Below the pieces are notes generated by a model that saw only the letters and a program-made list of their open reading frames with translations, had not been told where the DNA came from and searched no databases. Of a DNA stretch of 64,000 nucleotides, positions 10,029-18,613 are shown piece by piece (the stretch's first letter is position 1; every line of letters begins with the position of its first letter). The position numbers and the translations under genes were made by a program. This DNA comes from Chitinivibrionales bacterium (lineage in GTDB: Bacteria; Fibrobacterota; Chitinivibrionia; Chitinivibrionales; WJKA01). The stretch is taken from positions 1 to 64,000 of the forward strand of contig JBBRUX010000009.1 in assembly GCA_038247415.1 (NCBI GenBank), given 5' to 3'.

Positions 10029-10487
10029 ATGATGCACGATGATTCACAAAGGGGAGGCATGTACTCTAATCCTCGACGTCAATATTCAAATTATGCCGAT
10101 AACAAGAGTCAGAATTATAGTCCGTCAACGAGCTATAATTATAATCCGGCAGCCGGCAATATGGGCAACAATGGGCAAATGAGTCAAATGCAGAGGCGGC
10201 GCCCTGAACAAGCTCCCCGTTTTAAGCGCGAAACTATCAATTATTCCGAAAAATTGGTTCGTCAGAATAATATCATTATAAAGTTGCTTCAGGAAATTTC
10301 TGATAAACTTTCTAATTATGGCGGCGTTGCGGGTTCTACCCAAGCTATTCAAAACGACCTGGCGGCACTTGAGTCTGCACACGTTGAAGGACAAGTAGAA
10401 TATGATGCAGCTTCTCAGGAATCGAATAATCCTGCTGCATCGGCAGAACATGATGAGCATTTTCAAGAGAATAAAGAGCCCGAATAA
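10029..10487 (+). CDS. Hypothetical protein, largely disordered, with a central short helix or coiled coil
   Basis: Strong RBS (AAAGGAG); N/Q/S/Y/G-rich N-terminus and acidic C-terminus. Confidence 0.75.
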   Translation: MMHDDSQRGGMYSNPRRQYSNYADNKSQNYSPSTSYNYNPAAGNMGNNGQMSQMQRRRPEQAPRFKRETINYSEKLVRQNNIIIKLLQEISDKLSNYGGVAGSTQAIQNDLAALESAHVEGQVEYDAASQESNNPAASAEHDEHFQENKEPE

Positions 10488-10581
10488 ACACTGAGTAATT
10501 TTATCAAAGAATTTCTTTTAGGTAACCGATACTACTAAAAGGTCTTGTCGTCGACATACTATATCAATTGGGTGGCGGTAC

Positions 10582-10923
10582 ATGGCAGTTTCAGTGTATA
10601 AAATCGAGGATGTAGTTGTTATTAAGCCAACAGATGATATCCGTGTTCGCACATTGGTTGATTTTAGGAAATGCCTCGAGGAAATCATTGCAGGTGGTGC
10701 CGATCGGATTGCTATCAATTTATCCCAGGTCCGTTACATCGATTCGAGCGGTATAGGATTGCTAAGTAATTTTGCAAAGCGCCTTGCTGCTTTAGGGCGA
10801 ATGGTGTATTTATTCAGCCCTGCACGTGAATTGGCAGACATCCTTGAAATGACCAATATTAACGAAATAATCCCTATTTATTCTAACGAAGCCGAATTTC
10901 GTCTCAAAATTGTTGACATGTGA
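10582..10923 (+). CDS. STAS-domain anti-sigma factor antagonist (RsbV/SpoIIAA-like)
   Basis: 'INLSQVRYIDSSGIGLL' with the conserved phosphorylatable Ser. Confidence 0.92.
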   Translation: MAVSVYKIEDVVVIKPTDDIRVRTLVDFRKCLEEIIAGGADRIAINLSQVRYIDSSGIGLLSNFAKRLAALGRMVYLFSPARELADILEMTNINEIIPIYSNEAEFRLKIVDM

Positions 10924-10953
10924 TTCACACCATCTTTTTATATAGGTACATAC

Positions 10954-12690
10954 ATGTTTAAGCAATTTCGCCTCGGTATCCCTCTTGTTGTGTTCCTCGT
11001 ATTTTTCTCCTCAGATCTTATCTCAAAAACACGATGGTCTGCTGTCCAGTATACCCCCAATGCCGATATGCTTGCCGGAGGGCAACTCGTTGTTGACGCT
11101 CACGCACTCTATGTATCGGATACGGGCTCTGGATTAAAAATACGACCTGGATTTTTTGTAGATCTTGGTCTTATTGAGTGGGTTAATGTTGAATTTGGTT
11201 TTGCCGGCGTCCCAACACTTGGTTTTAAAGCTCGTATTCTCGCTGAGACAAGGCCTTATTTGCCAACGCTTACCATTGGTGCGCGCAATATTCTCGGTCA
11301 TTCGGAAGCGGGCTACTTTAAGGCATCGGATAGCCTCAAAAAACTCATGAACAATGAGGTGTATTGTGTCCTGGCAAAAGGAATAGATGCTATTAAAACC
11401 CGCATTCACCTTGGGGTTCAGTCGATTCCTAATTATAAACAAGAAGTATTTAATCCATTTATAGCACTCGAATCTTACTATGGTGCAGGTTTATACTCAT
11501 CGCTTGAAATTGCTCGTCGACACGAACAAATTGTCCCCTCACTCTTTTTAAGCTGGCGTTTTATTAAAAGAAATTGCGAACTCACTGCAGGGCTTGTTGC
11601 TCTTGACAGATTGCTTTTTGACAAAGGCGATTTTCGATTTACGCTTTCCACCAATAAACCAGATACGTCTTTTGTTAAACCATCGATTTGGTTTGGTCTT
11701 AAATACTCATTTCGCCCCTGGGATGGTAAAAAAGGTGGATTCGAAACGCTCGAAGAGTCTGTTGCGCGTCATCAAGCATCTTTGGATGAAATTAAAACGC
11801 AACTCGATAGCATGAACGCTCTGCTAAGGACCCAACGGGGCCAAGTGGTATCCATAGAACACGCTATAGCAGCAATAAATGATAGCCTGCCATCTGATAA
11901 AGCCCGACTAAAGATATTGATTATGGACAAACTTATCGAACTTAAGAATTTGTATGGCGCAGATCCCTACGAACCCGAAAAGGTGAAGGAAACCATCCGG
12001 GGACTTGCTCTGTTCCGAGACAAGGCCATGCCCGTGCTTAAGGAAATAGCTCTGGACAAAACAGAAGATCGTGATATTCGCACCGAGAGTATTACTATTC
12101 TGGGAGAAATTGGATCAAGCGCCAGCTCCGATGCACTGCTGACCCTTGTGGCATCGGAAACAGATACTAAAATTAAAATTGAAACGCTTATTGCACTTGG
12201 TAAGATAAAAGAAACCCAGGCAATTTACATGATGGAGCAATTGGCTAATGATCCGGATGATGCAGTTGCGCTTACAGCGCAGGAGGTACTCTTTAAACTT
12301 GCAGCAGAAACAGGGATTCATATAAATTCTGATTTTGGTAAGAATAAGAGAGCTTTAAGTCCTCCTGCTCAGATTAAATCTGCAAGTGTCAAGGATTCTG
12401 CTCAAAGTGTTACTCCTTTAGCAGATACGCTTAAGCCAGCACCTATTGCTAAACCTGTTGAAACGGTTGTCCCATCCCTAGACACGGTATCGGCAGTACA
12501 GAATGAGCCAAAGTCTAAAGGAGAATCTTCTCCTACTCAGGCGGTGCAAGTGCCTACGAGTCAGGCCGGCAGTAAAGAGGCTACTTCAAAGAATGCAAAT
12601 CTAAATAAAAGCAAGAAAGAAAAGCAGTCTAAAAAATCGCCCAACGAAGCTAGCAATAATGCAAATGCGCCTGCAGATAAAACCTGGTAG
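10954..12690 (+). CDS. YjbH-like barrel + coiled coil + HEAT repeats + low-complexity tail
   Basis: 'TPNADML' start and beta-rich N-half, heptad region, 'LGEIGS...LL.L' and 'ALGKI' HEAT repeats, P/S/K-rich tail. Confidence 0.6.
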   Translation: MFKQFRLGIPLVVFLVFFSSDLISKTRWSAVQYTPNADMLAGGQLVVDAHALYVSDTGSGLKIRPGFFVDLGLIEWVNVEFGFAGVPTLGFKARILAETRPYLPTLTIGARNILGHSEAGYFKASDSLKKLMNNEVYCVLAKGIDAIKTRIHLGVQSIPNYKQEVFNPFIALESYYGAGLYSSLEIARRHEQIVPSLFLSWRFIKRNCELTAGLVALDRLLFDKGDFRFTLSTNKPDTSFVKPSIWFGLKYSFRPWDGKKGGFETLEESVARHQASLDEIKTQLDSMNALLRTQRGQVVSIEHAIAAINDSLPSDKARLKILIMDKLIELKNLYGADPYEPEKVKETIRGLALFRDKAMPVLKEIALDKTEDRDIRTESITILGEIGSSASSDALLTLVASETDTKIKIETLIALGKIKETQAIYMMEQLANDPDDAVALTAQEVLFKLAAETGIHINSDFGKNKRALSPPAQIKSASVKDSAQSVTPLADTLKPAPIAKPVETVVPSLDTVSAVQNEPKSKGESSPTQAVQVPTSQAGSKEATSKNANLNKSKKEKQSKKSPNEASNNANAPADKTW

Positions 12691-12710
12691 GCAGGTACAA
12701 AAGATTTTTG

Positions 12711-13718
12711 CTAATGTATGAAGAGTTTATGAGAAGAAACGACAAAAAATGCTAATGCTGCAATAGTTGCTGCCGCGGGAATTGTTACAAGCCACGCAAC
12801 AACAATTTTTCGGGCTGTTATCCACTTAACATTTGCTGCATGTTCAACAGTTCCAACGCCCATAATAGCGCCGCTAATAACGTGTGTTGTAGATACTGGT
12901 ATTCCTAAATGCGCGGTACCCATGAGTACAACTGCAGCAGCAGATTCTGCAAGGAATCCTTCCATTTGACGGATTTTGGTAATGCTTGTCCCCATTGTTT
13001 TTACAATGCGCCACCCACCAAAGGCAGTTCCCAAAGATATTGCTGCATAGCATGAAAGAACAACCCAATGATCGATTGAGAAACTTTGGGATATTCCACC
13101 TACATAGAGGGTGAGTGCAATAATGCCCATAGTTTTTTGGGCATCGTTGGTACCATGGCCGATACTATAAAAGGTTGCCGAAACAAGCTGAAGGTTCTTG
13201 AAAATTACTCCTGCTTTTTTAGGATGGGCACCTTTAAAGAGCCAAAGAATAATAATGGTAAAAAGCATGGAGCCAGCCATGCCTAAAAGCGGCGCAATAA
13301 AAATGAACATGAATATTTTGTAGACGCCGCCCCATACGATTATTGCTGTACCCTTTGCCGCAATCCCGGCGCCGATAAGGCCCCCAATGAGTGCATGACT
13401 CGATGAAGTGGGTAATCCCCAAATCCACGTAATAATATTCCAGATTACAGCACCACACAGCGTTGCAAAAATAAGCGGAAGAGTCACTTGATCAACTTGT
13501 ACAACGCCTTTGCCTATCATTTTAGCAACAGCGGTACCAAAAGTAAAGTAGCCTATAAAATTTGCAGCACCAGCAAGGATAACAGCCTGCAAAGGAGTAA
13601 GCGTTTTGGAGACAACAATTGTTGCTATTGCATTGGCGGCATCATGAAACCCATTGATGAAATCAAAGAGAAGTGCAATCCCTATCACGACAACAACTAA
13701 AATCATGGTAGTGGTCAT
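12711..13718 (-). CDS. pit: Inorganic phosphate transporter (PiT family)
   Basis: NGFHDAANAIAT, GLPTSSSHALIGG, HGTNDAQKTMG and PVSTTH motifs. Confidence 0.96.
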   Translation of the reverse strand: MTTTMILVVVVIGIALLFDFINGFHDAANAIATIVVSKTLTPLQAVILAGAANFIGYFTFGTAVAKMIGKGVVQVDQVTLPLIFATLCGAVIWNIITWIWGLPTSSSHALIGGLIGAGIAAKGTAIIVWGGVYKIFMFIFIAPLLGMAGSMLFTIIILWLFKGAHPKKAGVIFKNLQLVSATFYSIGHGTNDAQKTMGIIALTLYVGGISQSFSIDHWVVLSCYAAISLGTAFGGWRIVKTMGTSITKIRQMEGFLAESAAAVVLMGTAHLGIPVSTTHVISGAIMGVGTVEHAANVKWITARKIVVAWLVTIPAAATIAALAFFVVSSHKLFIH

Positions 13719-13722
13719 GAAA

Positions 13723-14379
13723 TTACCCTTGCTTTACTTTAAATCCACGAATCAATTTTCCAATATAGTCTATCGAATCAACGACCGCCTCGAGGTGTTC
13801 ATAAAATTCTTTAAATTTGATCACTTCTAGTGGGGTTGTTTCGTTGGTGAAGAGTTCGGCCATAGAGGCATGAAAGAGTTCGTCTGCCTCATTTTCGAGC
13901 TTATGCATACGCTCGACAATTTCTTTGATGTTTTTCTTGGCAGCAAATTCTATAAGGCACACTTGTAACTGATTTGCGATTTCACAGATCAATTGAGCAA
14001 ATTGGAGGACTTTAGGAGGCACTTTTCGAATGCGATAAATTTCAATTTTTCGGGAGATCGAATTCAGGATATCAAGTGATCTATCAATATTAATTGCGAG
14101 GGTATGAATATCTTCTCTGTCGATAGGCGTGATAAATGTTTTGTTTAATTCATCGATTATATGACGTTCTGTGGCATCGCCCCGTGATTCAAGATCTTTA
14201 ATTGCAACGAGATGCTGCTTTATTTCTTGTTCTGAGAGTTTGTCGAGGCTTGTGACCAGTTTATTAAAGAGCGTTGTTCCTTCGACCAGGAAATGAACTT
14301 GTTCGTTTAAAAATTTAAAGAACTTTGTTTCACGCGGAAGGAGTAAATCCAGTACGTTAAAGCCCATATAGTACCTCAT
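13723..14379 (-). CDS. DUF47 phosphate transport regulator (PhoU-like); likely start 14367
   Basis: 'LE..GD....I..LN.TFITPIDREDI..LA..ID' and 'LENEAD'; directly upstream of pit. Confidence 0.93.
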   Translation of the reverse strand: MRYYMGFNVLDLLLPRETKFFKFLNEQVHFLVEGTTLFNKLVTSLDKLSEQEIKQHLVAIKDLESRGDATERHIIDELNKTFITPIDREDIHTLAINIDRSLDILNSISRKIEIYRIRKVPPKVLQFAQLICEIANQLQVCLIEFAAKKNIKEIVERMHKLENEADELFHASMAELFTNETTPLEVIKFKEFYEHLEAVVDSIDYIGKLIRGFKVKQG

Positions 14380-14434
14380 TGCTTTGGTGGGGACATCTGT
14401 TTGGTTTTAATGGAGAAGTAATATACATGAATTA

Positions 14435-14493
14435 CTAACAAAATCCTAACCAGAAACTCATGAAATTCTAATCAAATTCTAACAATCCTAAAT
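14435..14493. promoter_or_regulatory. Pho-box-like array of 11-bp-period direct repeats upstream of DUF47-pit
   Basis: CTAACA, CTAACC, CTCATG, CTAATC and CTAACA start at 14435, 14446, 14457, 14468 and 14479; a sixth (CTAAAT) is at 14488. Confidence 0.65.
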
Positions 14494-14592
14494 TATGCAT
14501 TTTTCGTTTCGCTTTGCTTCCCGCTCTTAATCGAGAGCGCTGAAACAATTTTTATACCAAAGCGTATTTAATGTAGTATTGGAGTCTAATGA

Positions 14593-14621
14593 TTGACTTT
14601 GATACTTTGTGAACCTATTTT
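14593..14621 (+). promoter_or_regulatory. Sigma70-type promoter for the 14683 operon
   Basis: TTGACT-N17-TATTTT about 60 bp upstream of the ATG. Confidence 0.45.
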
Positions 14622-14682
14622 ACCAAGGTTGATAATCCAATGATTTTCTTGGTGTTCGATCTAACGAAAGCTGCATAATTCT

Positions 14683-15966
14683 ATGAAGAAAGTTCTCCTT
14701 GGAAGCCTCCTTTTAGCCCTTATTACTTCCTATTTTTCTTGTCAAAAAGCTTTTGATCCGTCAACAAATATTGGGTATGATGTACTCAAAAACAATAATT
14801 TGGTGCTTGATAATAGCAAGGCGTTTCATGCTGATTCGATGAATATCCCAGTCCTTGAAATGAGTTCCGATACGATTCCAAGCTATCCGTCTCACACAAA
14901 ACTCGGCAAAATGCGCATCGGCAGTTTAAATGGCGAAAAAGCAATTGGATTTGCAAAAGTTGCATTCGATTCTTTGTACTCGCAAGATGAGCTTATCGTT
15001 GACACTGTAAAAATTGTTTTAAACCTCGATAGTGCTCAATCAGCAATAGTCACAGCGGCTCAATTAAATACTAAAATAGTTGTTAAAAAGGCCCCAAATA
15101 CCCTAGGATACGACAATGTAAGCATTTCCAATGCGACCGAAGCAGATTCTCTCGTGACAACTCAATCAAAAAAGATTTTCAACGATACAGCCTCTGCACA
15201 CCGGTCTCTTGTTGTTGATGTGACGAATCAATATCGTTCAAATTTTACTACGGGAGAAAAATCTGACACCGCTAACTTTACATTGACAAAAAGGTTCGTA
15301 GATTCTCTCGCATTCTTCTTTGAGTTTGAGAATCCGTTGGTGGATGCGGGTATTGTTACTATTTCTAGTGTTTCTTTTGTTATTCGGTGCCATAAGAAAA
15401 GTGCTGCTCCAGCTGATACTCCCGCGGTGAATTTTAATTCGCGGCCTGTCTTGTTTTCTTACTTTGTAGAACCAACGCAGCTTTCTATAGATAGCTTCTC
15501 ATCATTCTTGGGGAGCAATCGGTACACTTTGTTTAAACTTGATCTGAGCGCGATGTGGCCAAAAATTACTGAGGGTGATTCTGGAATTTCTTATGCAAAT
15601 ATTCTCGAAGCAGTTATTTCACTCCCGATTAAAAGCGTAGTAGCTGAACATGATACAAGTGTGAAATCAACATTTGTTGCGCTTGGATTTGTTTTACTTG
15701 ATCATATTTGGACAATAGCTGACTCCGTTAGGACTGGTTCATATGCTGATACACTCAGCTTCAGTCAAGCAACACCCGTAACATTTTCGATAGCGTCTGC
15801 CTTGGGGGCACTGCAAAAAACACAGCCAAAAGAAGTATATCTTTACATGTTAGCAAGACATATAAACGATTTTGCTCGTGATCCTGGTTGGGATGGACGG
15901 TTTGTTCGTATCGATTGGGCACCACCAATTGTTTCGCTTAAAACCATGGTATCCAATCCTAAATAG
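14683..15966 (+). CDS. Lipoprotein, DUF4270/BamH-like
   Basis: Lipobox FSC followed by 'DPSTNIGYDVL', then '.IG......A.GFA' and 'VDTVKIVL'; this resembles the DUF4270 layout. Confidence 0.5.
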   Translation: MKKVLLGSLLLALITSYFSCQKAFDPSTNIGYDVLKNNNLVLDNSKAFHADSMNIPVLEMSSDTIPSYPSHTKLGKMRIGSLNGEKAIGFAKVAFDSLYSQDELIVDTVKIVLNLDSAQSAIVTAAQLNTKIVVKKAPNTLGYDNVSISNATEADSLVTTQSKKIFNDTASAHRSLVVDVTNQYRSNFTTGEKSDTANFTLTKRFVDSLAFFFEFENPLVDAGIVTISSVSFVIRCHKKSAAPADTPAVNFNSRPVLFSYFVEPTQLSIDSFSSFLGSNRYTLFKLDLSAMWPKITEGDSGISYANILEAVISLPIKSVVAEHDTSVKSTFVALGFVLLDHIWTIADSVRTGSYADTLSFSQATPVTFSIASALGALQKTQPKEVYLYMLARHINDFARDPGWDGRFVRIDWAPPIVSLKTMVSNPK

Positions 15967-16028
15967 AGATTTAGTATCAATTTAAAAAAGAATATATTCC
16001 TTAAAAGTAAAAGAAAAGAACCGTAAAC

Positions 16029-17252
16029 ATGTATTGTTTGTCACTTTTAAAAAAAATGTTTTTGTCGCTAGTGCTTCTTGTAGGTGCTGCTCCGGCACAA
16101 TCAATCCTTAGTGCGCAATATCCTCTTGGGCTCAAAATGTTTGTTGGGTCGGGGAGTTCTGCCTCAATGGGCGGCACGGGTATTGGAACTATCATGGATC
16201 AGAATACTCATCTGCTCAATCCTGCAAATTTGGGTTATGTTAAGAGAAATGTTTTTTCTGGATTTTTTGATTTGTCACTTACGCGAATTGCTGACAATTC
16301 TACATCCTCATATTTTTCTTCGTTTACGCCTAATCAAATTTCTTTTGCCTTTAATGCAAATGCGTTTGGTGTGCTATCAATGGGACTCATTCAAGATGCG
16401 GATGCAACAATTAAATTTCAAAATAGGTCACCGTTTTATTATGCGGGACTCTCCGATTCTTTAGAAATGTCGTTTATTCGCAACGGTGGTATGACTTCGT
16501 GGCAAGTTGGATGGGGATATAATGTCTTGAAAAAAGTGGCGATTGGACTTTCGTATTCTTACAAGTATATTAATCTGACCGATTCGAGAAGACAAATACT
16601 TTATGGCCCTGGTGGAATTAAATCAAGCCGGGATAGCGTTTCTGCGATAGGGAGCATGAATGTACTCCGCGGTGGAATTATGGCGCCAGTTGGCCCGATT
16701 GTTGCGGGACTAACATTAGAATATCCTTTTGAAGCGCAAATCGATAAGGTTCACGGATTCTATAGCAATGGAAATTCTAACGATGTCGAAGCTTCTCAAG
16801 CTACCATCAAATTGGCACCTTCGGGTGGTTTTGGTTTATCGTATTCGCCTAATTCTCAATGGCTTTATGCTCTTGACTATTCAATGATATTATGGGATCA
16901 TTATCTTTCTGGTGGGGTTCTTGGATCGACCGAAGTAAACAATACGCATTCATTTTCTGCAGGGGCACAATTTGTGCCTGCGCAAAATGTGCTGGCTCCA
17001 AAGTACTGGGAAACTATTGCGTACCGTGCAGGCATTAGGTATGCACAATTGCCAGCAAAAGAGAATTCGGAGCTTGGGTTAACAATCGGTGGAGGACTGC
17101 CGCTTGGATCTGATGGCTTGCTTGATATTATTTTAGGATATACCAATCGCTCTGGTGGAGCTTCGGTTTCTTTTAAAGAGCAGGTTTTTAGCGTTAGTGT
17201 TGGTATAAGCGGCGGCAAAAAATGGAGCAAATCTAGTCGAGATAGTTATTAG
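16029..17252 (+). CDS. FadL-superfamily outer-membrane barrel, BamG-like
   Basis: N-terminal 'Y.LG...SMGG.G......NPA.L', 'YWETIAYRAGIRY' and C-terminal 'KKWSKSSRDSY' tail. Confidence 0.65.
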   Translation: MYCLSLLKKMFLSLVLLVGAAPAQSILSAQYPLGLKMFVGSGSSASMGGTGIGTIMDQNTHLLNPANLGYVKRNVFSGFFDLSLTRIADNSTSSYFSSFTPNQISFAFNANAFGVLSMGLIQDADATIKFQNRSPFYYAGLSDSLEMSFIRNGGMTSWQVGWGYNVLKKVAIGLSYSYKYINLTDSRRQILYGPGGIKSSRDSVSAIGSMNVLRGGIMAPVGPIVAGLTLEYPFEAQIDKVHGFYSNGNSNDVEASQATIKLAPSGGFGLSYSPNSQWLYALDYSMILWDHYLSGGVLGSTEVNNTHSFSAGAQFVPAQNVLAPKYWETIAYRAGIRYAQLPAKENSELGLTIGGGLPLGSDGLLDIILGYTNRSGGASVSFKEQVFSVSVGISGGKKWSKSSRDSY

Positions 17253-17287
17253 CATCATAAAATTTCTTTACAAGATGAGGTACGATA

Positions 17288-18565
17288 ATGGCTTCAATCG
17301 GAAAAAAAATAGGCGGTTCTGCTAAACAAGATACGCTTAAACCGGTAAAAAAGACTGCTATAATCGTAAAAAAATCTGAACCTTCGCCAAAGGTTGCATT
17401 AAAAGTAGTAAAGAAGCCTTCCACAATCTCAAAAACTACGCCTGCTACTCCTAAAACAGCGGTTAAAAAGAGCGCAGTTAAAAAAACAGCGACGTTAAAA
17501 AATGCTAAACCGCAACCGGCGCCAGCAGTAAAAAAGGTTGCTTTGGTTAAAAAAGTCGTTAGCATCAAGAAACCTGCTCAATCAAGCGTTGTAAAAAAAA
17601 CTGCTATCAAAAAAGCCAGCGTAAAAAAATCAGAACCAATAATCAAAAAGATTACTAAAACAGTCAAAAGTGTTGCTCCCGTCAAAAAAGAGATTCCTGC
17701 AATAAAAGCCAAAGTTGCGATAGCGCCTGCAATCAATAAAGTAGCGGTTAAAAAAACTATTGCTGAAAAAGTTGTTGCTAAAGTCATATCACCAAAGCTC
17801 GTTACGCCAGCAATAACGATTGCAAAAGAGACTGCTCCTTTAGCTGCTAAAAAGATTCTTCCGATTAAGATTGCTACAAAGAAAAAAGCTGAACCAGCAC
17901 CCCTAACGAAAAAAAGAGTTTCGCTTAAGGGACCTACTCCACTAGATAAAGTGCTGTATCCGCGCTATTTTTTTAAAACAGATATCCCAGAACATTACAA
18001 CGAAAACTATTTGCGCGCTTTGCCTCGTGATCCAGACTGGATTTTTGTGTATTGGGAATTTACATCCGATACCTTCGACCGCCTCGAAAAAACATACGGT
18101 TCAGATTTAATTAGATCCGGTCGCAGGCTTTTGAGATTGCGGGATATAACAGATGGTATTTCTTTGTCGCGTTATTTCGATGTTGAAATTAGTGATTATG
18201 CAGATAATTGGTATGTTAAAGTTCCCGAACAAGCACGTACCTATTTAATCCAATGCGGCATTTTACTGCGTGATGGCCGTTTTGTGGAAATACTCAGTTC
18301 AAATGTATTTTCAATTCCTCGAGCTGGTGTTTCAGATAAAACCGACGAAGAGTGGCTGACTGTTAATACCGACGAACTCATTCGAGTATCAAGTGAGCCT
18401 TTTTATAAGCCGCTTGGTGCAAGCGATACGCTCGGTGAGAATAATTCGCTTACCGAAGGCAATGAATTGAGTCCTCATTTGGGTATGGGTTCCAGCGATA
18501 TTTTTATGGGGTCAAGCGACCTTTATGCGGGTTCTTCTAACACCGCCAGTCAATCGGATAACTAA
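17288..18565 (+). CDS. DUF4912-domain protein with a histone-H1-like Lys/Ala/Pro-rich N-terminus
   Basis: 'P..Y....L.ALPRDP.W.FVYWE...LRLRDIT...WY..VP......G......F..I..SN....PR' after about 215 aa of KK-rich repeats. Confidence 0.85.
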   Translation: MASIGKKIGGSAKQDTLKPVKKTAIIVKKSEPSPKVALKVVKKPSTISKTTPATPKTAVKKSAVKKTATLKNAKPQPAPAVKKVALVKKVVSIKKPAQSSVVKKTAIKKASVKKSEPIIKKITKTVKSVAPVKKEIPAIKAKVAIAPAINKVAVKKTIAEKVVAKVISPKLVTPAITIAKETAPLAAKKILPIKIATKKKAEPAPLTKKRVSLKGPTPLDKVLYPRYFFKTDIPEHYNENYLRALPRDPDWIFVYWEFTSDTFDRLEKTYGSDLIRSGRRLLRLRDITDGISLSRYFDVEISDYADNWYVKVPEQARTYLIQCGILLRDGRFVEILSSNVFSIPRAGVSDKTDEEWLTVNTDELIRVSSEPFYKPLGASDTLGENNSLTEGNELSPHLGMGSSDIFMGSSDLYAGSSNTASQSDN

Positions 18566-18613
18566 GCACATGTACTTGCTCGGTTCAACCTCTTTTAATT
18601 CTGGCTTTACTTC

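Noticed and set aside
10029..10487. hfq after miaA
   Set aside because: No Sm1/Sm2 motifs (YKHAI).
14435..14493. CRISPR array
   Set aside because: Units are 11 bp with no spacers, and no cas genes are in the window.
17233..17787. Hydrophobic minus-strand ORFs (111 and 69 aa)
   Set aside because: Antisense translation of AAA-rich Lys codons of the DUF4912 gene.
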